A stretch of DNA of 64,000 bases from Escherichia phage vB_EcoP_G7C, in sequence record NC_015933.1, one strand, 5' to 3'. Positions 27,078 through 36,222 of this stretch are shown piece after piece. Within the stretch, counting starts at the first letter, position 1; each line of letters starts with the position of its first letter. The notes below the pieces were generated by a model, which did not search any database, had not been told where the DNA came from, and saw only the letters and a program-made list of their open reading frames with translations. The translations under genes were made by a program, and so were the position numbers.

Positions 27078-27575
27078 ATGAAACAGAGGATTGCCCATGA
27101 CAGGCTTTTACAGCTTGTTAGTTATGACCCTATTTCCGGAATTTTTACTCGTAGGAATACCGGAAAGGTATCCGGTTACCTAATGAAGAGTGGTTACGTT
27201 CAACTCCGTGTGGATAGTGTGTTGTACTATGGGCATATCCTTGCATGGTTCTATGTGCATGGCGTATGGCCTACGGATAGGATTGACCATAAGGACAATA
27301 TACGCCATCACAACTGGATAGATAACCTCAGAGAAGCGACCCACAAGCAGAATAACCAGAGTGCTGTTTTATCTAAAACAAACACATCTGGGTTTAAGGG
27401 TGTCTCCTTTTCAAAGAATATGGGTAAGTACAGAGCAACTATTTGGGTTAATAGCAAACCAATTACATTAGGTTACACAGATAACCCAATAGAGGCTGCT
27501 GTTCTCTACGATGAAGCTGCTGTAACTCATTATGGTGAGTTTGCCAAAACCAACAAACAATTAGGACTGTTATGA
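27078..27575 (+). CDS. HNH homing endonuclease with AP2 domain (paralog 3)
   Basis: RIDHKDNIRHHNWIDNLREATHKQN HNH core; NTSGFKGVSF...YRATIW AP2-like. Confidence 0.7.
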   Translation: MKQRIAHDRLLQLVSYDPISGIFTRRNTGKVSGYLMKSGYVQLRVDSVLYYGHILAWFYVHGVWPTDRIDHKDNIRHHNWIDNLREATHKQNNQSAVLSKTNTSGFKGVSFSKNMGKYRATIWVNSKPITLGYTDNPIEAAVLYDEAAVTHYGEFAKTNKQLGLL

Positions 27576-28552
27576 AACTTACTAACAATCATGATGTTAG
27601 TCTTGCACTAGCTGTTTGGCTTGTTACAGATGATTATGATTACGTAGACAATCCTAAGTACCTGTCTGCTACCACATTGCTTAAGCCCATTAAGCAAATC
27701 GTCATGAAGCATCGTGTAGATTTTAGTGACCAGTCAATTGATGTTATGGATTTCGTATCCACATCAATGGGTACTGGCTTACATGATTCTATCGAGAAAG
27801 CCTGGAAGCTAGGCCATAAGACTGCATTGAAGAAGCTGGGTTATCCTCAGCGAGTAATTGATGCAGTAGTCATTAACCCAACCAAAGAAGACTTTGCTGC
27901 TAACCCTGACCTTATCCCAATCTACATTGAACAACGTGGAACCAAGCAGGTTAAGGGATGGACTATTGGTGGTAAATTCGACATCGTAACGGAAGGTCTG
28001 TTGCAAGACTTCAAGTCTACCTCAACCTATTCCTGGGTTGCTGGTTCCCGTGATGATGAACACAAGATGCAAGGCAGCTTGTACCGTTGGATTCACAACG
28101 ACATCATTACTGAGGATGTAATTCGTATTAACTACATCTTCACCGACTTCATGAAACACATGGCTAACAGCAATCCGAACTATCCTGCTAATCGTATTAT
28201 GCATAAGGATATTCCGTTACTGTCTGTCGAGAAGACTGAACGTTGGGTGGAAGAGAAGATTCACTTAATCGAAAAGTACTGGGATGCACCTGAAGAGGAA
28301 ATCCCCGAATGTACTGACGAGGAGTTGTGGCGAACAGAGCCACAGTTCAAATACTTCTCTGATGCTTCTAAGGTAGATGTACCTGGAGCCAGAAGTACCA
28401 AAAACTTTGGCGATATGGCATCTGCCCGTATCTTCATGGCTGAAAAAGGTGGCAAGGGTGCTATCAAGGTTGTGGAGGGGCAGGTTAAACGCTGTTTATA
28501 TTGCCCTGTCGCATCCATTTGCAAACAAAGAGAGAGATATTTTCCATCATGA
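27572..28552 (+). CDS. Putative PD-(D/E)XK-family exonuclease with C-terminal Cys cluster
   Basis: GGKFDIV...LQDFK resembles the D...(D/E)xK core; C-terminal CLYCPVASIC; position matches the 5-prime-3-prime exonuclease slot of N4-type replication modules. Confidence 0.45.
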   Translation: MKLTNNHDVSLALAVWLVTDDYDYVDNPKYLSATTLLKPIKQIVMKHRVDFSDQSIDVMDFVSTSMGTGLHDSIEKAWKLGHKTALKKLGYPQRVIDAVVINPTKEDFAANPDLIPIYIEQRGTKQVKGWTIGGKFDIVTEGLLQDFKSTSTYSWVAGSRDDEHKMQGSLYRWIHNDIITEDVIRINYIFTDFMKHMANSNPNYPANRIMHKDIPLLSVEKTERWVEEKIHLIEKYWDAPEEEIPECTDEELWRTEPQFKYFSDASKVDVPGARSTKNFGDMASARIFMAEKGGKGAIKVVEGQVKRCLYCPVASICKQRERYFPS

Positions 28553-30702
28553 GCATTGACCTTACCGGAGTAGTGCATCATCCAGCGATTGAAGAAATCG
28601 TAGATGTGCTCTGCAATAAAACCCAGAATAACGACCGGGGATTCTTCCGTGTCGAAGTAGCCTACTTCTTGGCTAAAATGGCATCCTGCATGGGTGCAAC
28701 CATCGTAACTAAAGACCGTGGTGACCTGCCGGTAAACATCTACGCTATGGCGTTGGCTACATCTGGTTTCGGTAAAGGTCACTCGGTAAATATCATTGAA
28801 GACGGGTTCATGACTGGCTTCCGTAAACGTTTTATGGAAGACACCATGCCCGTCATTGCAAATGACCGTTTATGGAAGATTGCTAACGAACGTGCTGCTC
28901 GTCAGGGTACAGACCAGAATGATGAGTTCGATAAAGTTGAAGCAGAGTATAAGCGTGCTGGGGCATTCCCATTCACATTCGACTCTGGTACAGCACCTGC
29001 TGTAAAACAGCTTCGTCACAAGCTGCTTATGGCTGGTTGTGGTGCTATTAACTTACAGATTGATGAGATTGGTTCCAACCTCATTGCCAACGTTGAAGTT
29101 CTTAACCTGTTCCTTGAGTTGTATGACCAGGGGAAAGTAAAACAGAAGTTAACCAAGAACACTGCTGAAAGTATTCGTGGTGAAGAACTGGATGGTAAAA
29201 CTCCTGCTAACCTGCTGCTGTTCGGTACTCCGAGTAAGTTGCTGGATGGTGGGCAGACTGAAGACCAGTTCTATGACTTCCTCGATACAGGATATGCACG
29301 TCGTTGTCTGTTTGCCATTGGGCACTTAGACAAGCGAGCGCATGCAACGATGACTCCGGAAGAAATCTACCATAACCTGATTAAGCAGGATAACGTTCAG
29401 TCTCTTGGTAAGTGGGCTAACCACTTCCATAGTCTGGCTGACCCAAACCTGTTTGGCTTTAAGATGATTGTGGAAGATGCAGTGGGTATTGCTCTGATTG
29501 CTTACAAAATTGATTGTGAGAAACAAGCAGAAGCTATGGCTGACCACGAAGAAATTCGTAAGGCTGAAATCTCCCACCGTTACTTCAAGGCTCTTAAGCT
29601 GGCAGGTGCACTGGCGTTTGTTGACCAGAGTTCATTCATTGAGATGTCTCACCTTAAACAAGCAATCCTGCTCGTAGAAGAATCCGGAGCAGCATTCCAG
29701 GGTATTCTCAATCGTGAGAAAGCCTATGTGAAGCTGGCTAAGTACATTGCCTCTGTGGGCAAAGAGGTTACTCATGCTGACTTGCTGGAGTCATTACCAT
29801 TCTATAAGAGTGGTAATGCAGCTCGTAATGAGATGATGACTCTTGCTACAGCATGGGGTTACAAACAGCACATCATTATTAAGAAGACCTTCAATGAAGG
29901 CATTGAGTTCTTCCGTGGAGAGACTCTGAAAGAGACTGACACCAATGAGATGATAGTGGCATATAGTGATAGCTTTGCTTATGACTATGTTGGTGAACGT
30001 GTACCGTTTGACCAGCTACATGTATTAACCCAAGCTCCCGGTATGCACTGGGTAAACCATCACATGAAGAATGGGCATCGTTCTGAAGAGAACGTTATTC
30101 CAGGATTTAACATGATTGTTATTGACTGTGATGGTGGAGTACCTCTGCATACGTGCCATGAACTGATGAAGGAATATAAGTTCATGACCTATACCACTAA
30201 GCGTCATACCGATGAAGAGAACCGCTTCCGTCTGATTATTCCAATGAACTATGAGTTACACCTTGATACTGAGGAATACAAAGAGTTCATGAATAACGTT
30301 ATGGCTTGGCTACCATTCGAAACGGATGAGTCTGCTAACCAACGAGCCAAGAAGTGGATGTCCTGTGAGACTGGTTCCTATCATTACAACCTTGATGCGA
30401 ATCTGTTGGATGTACGTGACTTTATTCCTCGTACCAGTAAGAACGAGCAGTTCCAGAACCAGATGAAGGAAGTACAGTCGTTGGATAATCTGGAGCGTTG
30501 GTTCGCTGGTCGTATTGCCTCCGGTAATCGTAATAATCAAATGATTAAGTACGCACTGGCATTAGTAGACAGTGGTTGGGACTTTGCTCAAGTACAGCAA
30601 GCCGTCTACTCATTCAATAAGAAACTGGCTAATCCATTACCAGATGATGAATTGAATTCAACCGTAATGGTCACCGTGGCTAAACGCTTCGCTGGCAAGT
30701 AA
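28549..30702 (+). CDS. Primase-like replication protein (733 aa; ATG 28549 overlaps upstream stop; track lists TTG 28501)
   Basis: Large ORF between nuclease and ATPase/SSB genes; acidic MIVIDCDGG motif; assignment mainly by synteny. Confidence 0.45.
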   Translation: MSIDLTGVVHHPAIEEIVDVLCNKTQNNDRGFFRVEVAYFLAKMASCMGATIVTKDRGDLPVNIYAMALATSGFGKGHSVNIIEDGFMTGFRKRFMEDTMPVIANDRLWKIANERAARQGTDQNDEFDKVEAEYKRAGAFPFTFDSGTAPAVKQLRHKLLMAGCGAINLQIDEIGSNLIANVEVLNLFLELYDQGKVKQKLTKNTAESIRGEELDGKTPANLLLFGTPSKLLDGGQTEDQFYDFLDTGYARRCLFAIGHLDKRAHATMTPEEIYHNLIKQDNVQSLGKWANHFHSLADPNLFGFKMIVEDAVGIALIAYKIDCEKQAEAMADHEEIRKAEISHRYFKALKLAGALAFVDQSSFIEMSHLKQAILLVEESGAAFQGILNREKAYVKLAKYIASVGKEVTHADLLESLPFYKSGNAARNEMMTLATAWGYKQHIIIKKTFNEGIEFFRGETLKETDTNEMIVAYSDSFAYDYVGERVPFDQLHVLTQAPGMHWVNHHMKNGHRSEENVIPGFNMIVIDCDGGVPLHTCHELMKEYKFMTYTTKRHTDEENRFRLIIPMNYELHLDTEEYKEFMNNVMAWLPFETDESANQRAKKWMSCETGSYHYNLDANLLDVRDFIPRTSKNEQFQNQMKEVQSLDNLERWFAGRIASGNRNNQMIKYALALVDSGWDFAQVQQAVYSFNKKLANPLPDDELNSTVMVTVAKRFAGK

Positions 30703-30758
30703 GCAAACAGGAGTCTTTCTTTGGTTTGAAGGACTCCTAAACTAAACGAGGAAAAATA

Positions 30759-31511
30759 ATGTCCGAAGAAATCTCCAATGATATGAACACTCAGCTAATC
30801 CTGATTGCAGGATTCTCAGCGAGTGGTAAATCAGCATCACTGCGTAATATCCGGAACCAGGAACGCTGGCTGTATTTGAATACAGAAGCGGGTAAGCGTC
30901 TGCCTTTCCGTAATAAGTTCAACACCTATAACATCGAAGACCCATATCAGATTTGGGAAGCATTTGATGTTGCATCTCCGGGTGGTGAAATGGCAGACGA
31001 TGTTGATGGTATCATTATCGACTCTGCTACCTTCATGATGGACATGTTGGAATCTCAGTATGTATTGCCATCTGCTAATACCCAGAAAGCCTGGGGAGAC
31101 TTTGCACAGTTCTTTAAAATACTGCTGCAACAGAAAGTCGTTAAGTTTGGTAAGCCAGTAATCATTACTGCTCATGCCAAAGATGAACTTGACGAAGCTG
31201 CTGGTGTGATGAAAACATTCATCCCGGTTAAGGGTTCACTGAAGAACAATGGCCTTGAGGCTTACTTCTCTACAGTGGTTTATGCAGAACGTGTAGACAT
31301 TAAAGAGCTGGAGAAGTATGGCAACAAGATGCTTGATATTACGGAAGAAGAACGTGACTTAGGCTATAAGCACGTATTCCAGACTCGTCCAACCAAGAAG
31401 TCTGTTGGTAAACGACTTCGCTCACCAATGGGTATGTTTGATAAGTCGCAGACTTATATTGATAATGATGCCCAAAAACTCTTAGACCATCTGGCTGAAT
31501 ACTACGCTTAA
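30759..31511 (+). CDS. P-loop NTPase (RecA-like / AAA_24-type)
   Basis: Walker A GFSASGKS near N-terminus; about 250 aa. Confidence 0.55.
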   Translation: MSEEISNDMNTQLILIAGFSASGKSASLRNIRNQERWLYLNTEAGKRLPFRNKFNTYNIEDPYQIWEAFDVASPGGEMADDVDGIIIDSATFMMDMLESQYVLPSANTQKAWGDFAQFFKILLQQKVVKFGKPVIITAHAKDELDEAAGVMKTFIPVKGSLKNNGLEAYFSTVVYAERVDIKELEKYGNKMLDITEEERDLGYKHVFQTRPTKKSVGKRLRSPMGMFDKSQTYIDNDAQKLLDHLAEYYA

Positions 31512-31551
31512 GCGTTTGCCTGGTTGTTAATCACTTATTAGGAAAAATATT

Positions 31552-32355
31552 ATGTCACTGTTCAGTAACTTGAAAGAAAAGACCAAAAACGTTGAAGCTG
31601 TAAAAGACTCCCTTGGTGGTGGTGGCTTCGGTGCAAAAGAATCCGATATCTACACCGGTACTGTAAAAGTAGCTTATGTAGGTAAAGCTGACTCTGGTGC
31701 AGACTGGATGCAGTTAATCATTGAAAACCTGAAAGGTTCTGACGGCAATGATGCTGGTGAGTTCCGTGCTCAGGTGTACTTTACTTCTGGTAATGCTAAA
31801 GGCAATAAGCCAACTTACGAGAAGAATGGTAAAGAGTACTTCCTGCCTGGTTACACTGTCATTAATGACATGATGCTGATGGCTACTGGTTGTGAACTGC
31901 CAGATGCAGACTTCGAAGAGAAGATTGTTAAAGTCTATGACTTCGATCTGAAAGCTGAAACCAATAAATCTGTCATGGTTCCAGTTGACCTGGTTGGTCA
32001 GACTGTTACCTTCGCTCTGGAAAAGGTTCTGGAAGCTAAGCAGGTTAAAGGTGACAACGGTTACGTTGACTCCGGTGAAACCCGTGAAGTAAACGAGATT
32101 CAGAAAGTGTTTCACCCGGAACTGCTGGTCACAGTCGTCGAGGCTCAGGAAGCAGAGAAGGCTGAGAAAGAACTGACCCCAGAACTGGCTGTATTCTACG
32201 GAGCATGGCTGGAAAAGAACAAAGGTAAAACCCGTGATAAGACCAAGGGTTCTGCTGGTGGTAATGGTAAAGGTGGCTTGCCTCCTAAACCAGGTGCAGG
32301 TGCTGGCACGGGTACTACTCCAGCTGGTGGTAAATCTCTGTTCGGTAAGCGTTAA
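31552..32355 (+). CDS. Single-stranded DNA-binding protein-like (Gly-rich C-terminal tail)
   Basis: Size and position as in N4-type SSB; C-terminal GSAGGNGKGGLPPKPGAGAGTGTTPAGG tail. Confidence 0.5.
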   Translation: MSLFSNLKEKTKNVEAVKDSLGGGGFGAKESDIYTGTVKVAYVGKADSGADWMQLIIENLKGSDGNDAGEFRAQVYFTSGNAKGNKPTYEKNGKEYFLPGYTVINDMMLMATGCELPDADFEEKIVKVYDFDLKAETNKSVMVPVDLVGQTVTFALEKVLEAKQVKGDNGYVDSGETREVNEIQKVFHPELLVTVVEAQEAEKAEKELTPELAVFYGAWLEKNKGKTRDKTKGSAGGNGKGGLPPKPGAGAGTGTTPAGGKSLFGKR

Positions 32356-32909
32356 TGAAAATCCCAATTGTCGGTGCAGACATTAGCCTCCGCAATTGGG
32401 GATTAGCTCGTGGGATGCTGGACATTGAGTCCGGCGTCTTCGAGCAGGTCGAACTTAAACTGGTTCAAACTGAAGTTGACCACAACAAACAAGTTCGAAC
32501 CAACTCCAAAGATATACAAGCTGCCCATGATTTGTTTCTTGGTTGTGAGGAATGGTTACGGTCTGCTAAAGCAGTATTCGTAGAAGTACCAGTAGGCTCT
32601 CAGTCTGCTAATGGAATGAAGTCCTATGGTGTATGCGTAGGATTAATTGGTGCATTCCGTGCATTGGGTTGTCCAATCTTTGAAGTATCCCCAATTGAAA
32701 ACAAACTTGCACTGGTCGGCGATAAAACTGCATCAAAAGACACGATGATTCGTGCTGCTCATGCCATCTATCCTGAAGCCAACTGGCTCACGGATAGTAA
32801 AGGTAAACTTCTGAATAAGAATGAGCACTTAGCTGATGCAATCGGTGCAATCCACGCTGGTGTAAATCTCCCAGCTTTCCAGAATCTCATTAAATTAATA
32901 AAGGCATAA
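32355..32909 (+). CDS. RuvC-like Holliday junction resolvase
   Basis: N-terminal KIPIVGADISLRNWG (RNase H-like first strand with catalytic Asp) and C-terminal HLADAIGAIHAG. Confidence 0.5.
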   Translation: MKIPIVGADISLRNWGLARGMLDIESGVFEQVELKLVQTEVDHNKQVRTNSKDIQAAHDLFLGCEEWLRSAKAVFVEVPVGSQSANGMKSYGVCVGLIGAFRALGCPIFEVSPIENKLALVGDKTASKDTMIRAAHAIYPEANWLTDSKGKLLNKNEHLADAIGAIHAGVNLPAFQNLIKLIKA

Positions 32910-32910
32910 T

Positions 32911-33360
32911 ATGCAAATCGTTCTGAACCAGTCTGAAGTAGAAGCTGCTATTGAAGCTTATGTAAATGAACAGGTTAATCTTGCCGGGGACATTAATATC
33001 CTGGTGAATGCAGATGGTACTGCCACCATTGGCATCAATGAAGAGGCCGGTCATAGTGATGACACTCCCCCCGTGGTAGAGAAGAGGACTCGTCGTTCTC
33101 GTAAGAATCCACAAGAAGCCAAACACCGTCCGGTAGAACCAGAACCAGTTGTTGGGGATGAAACTGAAGAAGAGGTAAAGGAAGAAGAAACCCAGACCTC
33201 TACTGGTGGTGTGAACGAGAGTTCTACGCCGGAACCTGAAGAAGCAGTAGCTGAACCAGAAGCACAAGAAGAAGTTGTGCAGGAGGAAGTTAAGGCAGAA
33301 GAACCAGCAGAGAAACCTGCTGCGAAGCCTTCACTGTTCGCTGGCCTAAAACGTAGTTAA
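32911..33360 (+). CDS. Highly acidic Glu/Pro-rich protein (149 aa)
   Basis: C-terminal two-thirds dominated by E, P, T, A; probably disordered. Confidence 0.5.
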   Translation: MQIVLNQSEVEAAIEAYVNEQVNLAGDINILVNADGTATIGINEEAGHSDDTPPVVEKRTRRSRKNPQEAKHRPVEPEPVVGDETEEEVKEEETQTSTGGVNESSTPEPEEAVAEPEAQEEVVQEEVKAEEPAEKPAAKPSLFAGLKRS

Positions 33361-33591
33361 TCTGGTAGGTGGCTCAGAAGCTGCTGCTAGGTGTGGTAGT
33401 GTTTATAGTACTGATGCTACTACTGGTCAGGATTATAGACGTGTCGGCTCCATACATAGCTTTTATCATCACTGTCATTATCCTGTGGAAATGCAGTGGT
33501 AAACACGGTGGTGACAAGCCGCCAGAATAACAACAACCGAGCCAGAGAGTTTTAATACTCTCCGAAGCTCTCTGGTTCATCTGAGGTATTT

Positions 33592-34089
33592 ATGAGCAAG
33601 CCATTAGGATACTGGAATAAACCTGCCCATGAACTCGCTGTAGTACATTCTCCCGATGATGCCAATGCAAAGGATGGATACATCAGTATTAAACGTCATG
33701 GGGTGAGGGTATTTCTGCACAACTGGATTTGGGAATACTATAATGGACCAATCCCGGATGGGTATGAAGTTGACCACATCAATGGAATCCCAACTGATTG
33801 TCGACTTATTAATATGAGACTGGTGTCCCATATGATTAACTGTCGCAATCGTCGCAAAAGAATTGACAATACATCCGGCGCTACCGGTGTGTATAGACAA
33901 TGGAAGAAGACTAATGAATATTGGACTGCTGCTTGGAATGACCCGCATACAGGTAAGCTACGAACTAAAAGCTTCAACATTGGTGTTCTTGGGGATAGCG
34001 AAGCCAAAGATGCTGCTATAGCATACCGGGCTACTATAGAAGCAGACCTGGTAAAGAATCACAACTACACCTTACGCCATGGAAGATAA
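33592..34089 (+). CDS. HNH homing endonuclease with AP2 domain (paralog 4)
   Basis: Collinear with 1836..2330 over full length (GYEVDHINGIPTDCRLINMRLV; NTSGATGVY...YWTAAW). Confidence 0.7.
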   Translation: MSKPLGYWNKPAHELAVVHSPDDANAKDGYISIKRHGVRVFLHNWIWEYYNGPIPDGYEVDHINGIPTDCRLINMRLVSHMINCRNRRKRIDNTSGATGVYRQWKKTNEYWTAAWNDPHTGKLRTKSFNIGVLGDSEAKDAAIAYRATIEADLVKNHNYTLRHGR

Positions 34090-34123
34090 ACTCTCCCCAG
34101 TCCATTGGTTCAACCGAGGCTGA

Positions 34124-34294
34124 TATGAACAAATTTACTATTCACTGGCTCAATGGAAAGGTTAGTTCTTTCATGGGTGGAGAACCTGCTGAAGGAAACA
34201 AAGCATTCCACATTGATTCAGAAGGCTGCAAAATCTTAATACCTTATGCTTGGTATAAAGGTGGTGAAGTTGAAGCATTGAAAAAGAGTAGTTA
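34124..34294 (+). CDS. Small hypothetical protein (56 aa), below track cutoff
   Basis: GAGG RBS 6 nt upstream of ATG. Confidence 0.3.
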
Positions 34295-34299
34295 ATATC

Positions 34300-35480
34300 G
34301 TGAAGGGTTCTGTTAGAATCCTTTGAGATAGGAACTCCTATCATAACCTTTCTTAACTTAATCTTTGCCGTATGGCACTGACGCTAGGGGTGGCCCCCCA
34401 TCCGTCAGACAGACTATTTTAAGAACCGGTTATCTCAGAAAATGTAAAGCAACATTCGGGTTAATCAATGGCCTCTCCTATAGGGGCCATTTCTGAATCT
34501 TAGGCTATATCCCAAAGGTTAGTATCTTTGGGATAAGGCTTCAGATCCCTTATCAAACTAACGCTCATGTTGAGCACAACATTAACCAATAATGTCGGAT
34601 AGTTCGTTACGCTATTCATCCAGCATCGAGTTGTTAGGTCTTACATGCAACATAGGGTAATGGGAGGATTCGTCCCCTCCCTCCTATTATGAACCAATTC
34701 GTGAGAACTCTTATCTTGGCTACCGGGAAAGGAGTGAAAAATGTTCGTAAACTACTCCCCAATTAGGTTCAACTCCTAAGCCAGGGTAAGTGTTCTCACT
34801 AATTGGAAAAATTAAGACGGGTCTGGTGAAGTAGATGGGGTTCGATTCCCTCCGGTGGAGTAATCCACTAGCGTGCTTGGTGCACGAATAAGACTTAATA
34901 CTGGTGGTTCGATTCCATCCCCCGTTACCCGAAGTCGCCAGGTACTTATGGCAAACGGGTAGTAACGAACTAGTCATTCGTCAAACGCCCACCCAATTAT
35001 GAGTCAGCAAGAACGCCTTCACTTAAACTTAAACAAAAAAGCTTAACGCAATAATTATGTAGGGGTATGTAAGGATTGCGAAGAAGGAGCCAGTTAGAGC
35101 CTGGCATGGCTCACCTATTGCATTACCAAGCCACTAGGCAAGTACTGTTAAGCAGTATACACGTTATGAGCCTCCTGGGGGCTAGTGGAAGTTGCCAACA
35201 TCAACGAGATGTCCTGTGTTGTCTCTGAGGCTGCTTGGTAGTGCATTCTAATCAGCAGTAACATAGTCCTGATTGCATAGCACTCTAAAGACAACACTGG
35301 TAAGACAGTCCAGTGGCTGCTAATGTATTGTTATTCCCCTCGACGGGAATTTCGCTAGTGAAGGTAACACTTAAAAATCCAAACCCACGTCTTACTACTA
35401 TCGGGCTATCAACCCACGGTCGCTTAACCCTGTAGTGATAGTAGTTTGACGGCCTGCCTCGTTGACTGCGTTAAAGTCAC
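34300..35480 (+). ncRNA. Candidate structured non-coding RNA region (ORF-free, hairpin-dense, two tRNA T-arm-like motifs); exact product and boundaries unknown
   Basis: No credible ORF in about 1.2 kb; GGTTCGATTCC at about 34839 and 34906; multiple perfect 6-10 bp hairpins; bounded by terminator at 35482. Confidence 0.35.
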
Positions 35481-35481
35481 T

Positions 35482-35519
35482 AAGTCCCTCGGAGCCGTCA
35501 CTCTGGGGGACTTTTTTAT
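35482..35519 (+). terminator. Intrinsic terminator closing the ORF-free region
   Basis: AAGTCCC...GGGACTT stem followed by TTTTTTATT. Confidence 0.55.
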
Positions 35520-35546
35520 TTGAGAACTACTTATTGGACGATTCAT

Positions 35547-35699
35547 ATGATTGACCTAATCTTAACCCCGTATGCCTATGAGGTAACGGATAACCGTGGA
35601 CGTAAGTCTTTGGTATTTGCAGGTAGCGTAGCCTATAACAACGCAGTCATGTTTAAATACAAACTTAAACCACTCTATGAGGCTAATAATGGAATTTGA
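35547..35699 (+). CDS. Small hypothetical protein (50 aa), below track cutoff
   Basis: ORF on + strand; weak RBS. Confidence 0.25.
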   Translation: MIDLILTPYAYEVTDNRGRKSLVFAGSVAYNNAVMFKYKLKPLYEANNGI

Positions 35700-35826
35700 T
35701 GATTTAGATTTTGAAGCTATCGAAAGGGCGAACCAGGAGAAACTGGAACAGGCTAATCGTGAAGCTGAAGAGTTAGAAAACGCTAAAGGCAACAACGATT
35801 GCACGAGTGGTGGTTGCACCATTTAG
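35689..35826 (+). CDS. Small acidic protein (45 aa, MEFDDLDFEAIERANQEKLEQANREAEELENAK...)
   Basis: GAGG RBS; overlaps previous stop; terminator downstream. Confidence 0.3.
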   Translation: MEFDDLDFEAIERANQEKLEQANREAEELENAKGNNDCTSGGCTI

Positions 35827-35905
35827 CAAACAGGTATATGGTAGTTTTTACCGAAAGGTACTGAACTACCCGACATGTGGTAAGGCTCGAGAAGCCAAAA
35901 CAAAA

Positions 35906-35931
35906 TAAGCCCTCCTAGTGAGGGCTTTTCC
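35906..35931 (+). terminator. Intrinsic terminator
   Basis: AAGCCCTC-CTAGTG-AGGGCTT then TTTCC. Confidence 0.5.
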
Positions 35932-35950
35932 ATATCTGTAGGAAACTATT

Positions 35951-36181
35951 ATGACGCAAGTATCTATTACCTCTGTTGTTCGTGAAGCCATTCTCAACAA
36001 TACTGTTCGTACATATTCGTTCGATGAAATCGCAGAGAAGCTAGGAGTAACCCGTTACGTGGCTAAGAAACTCTACTTCACTTTCCTGTGGTTCCCTACG
36101 GAAGAAACATTACGGAAGATTAAAGAAACTGGTAAATTTCCAAGTGAAGGACGCAAGCCTAAAATGTGGAAAACACCCTAG
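35951..36181 (+). CDS. Small putative HTH protein (76 aa)
   Basis: SFDEIAEKLGVTRYVAKKL helix-turn-helix-like; last + strand gene before the convergent junction. Confidence 0.45.
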   Translation: MTQVSITSVVREAILNNTVRTYSFDEIAEKLGVTRYVAKKLYFTFLWFPTEETLRKIKETGKFPSEGRKPKMWKTP

Positions 36182-36189
36182 CTTCTAAA

Positions 36190-36220
36190 AGCAAAGCCCC
36201 TCTTTTGAGGGGCTTTCTCA
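36190..36220. terminator. Bidirectional intrinsic terminator at the convergent junction of + and - transcription units
   Basis: AAAGCCCCTC-TTTTG-AGGGGCTTT flanked by A-run upstream and T-run downstream. Confidence 0.65.
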
Positions 36221-36222
36221 TT

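Noticed and set aside
31714-32367. 217-aa minus-strand ORF antisense to the SSB-like gene
   Set aside because: Antisense artefact of the Gly/Lys-rich SSB-like coding frame.
34839-34930. Two canonical tRNA genes suggested by the duplicated GGTTCGATTCC T-loop-like motif
   Set aside because: Neither motif can be completed into a cloverleaf: no complementary 7-bp acceptor stem at the right distance, no D-arm, no 5-bp/7-nt anticodon arm. The only acceptor-like pairing (GATGGGG with CCCCGTT) gives a 94-nt molecule with a 12-nt unpaired gap after the acceptor. Reported only as tRNA-like elements inside a candidate ncRNA region.
34720-34977. 85-aa minus-strand ORF inside the ORF-free structured region
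   Set aside because: Overlaps the T-arm-like motifs and hairpins, lacks an RBS, and is antisense to the surrounding + strand transcription direction.
35562-35822. 86-aa minus-strand ORF
   Set aside because: Ser-rich low-complexity product; the + strand here carries two RBS-supported small ORFs followed by a + oriented terminator. Retained only as a low-probability alternative.
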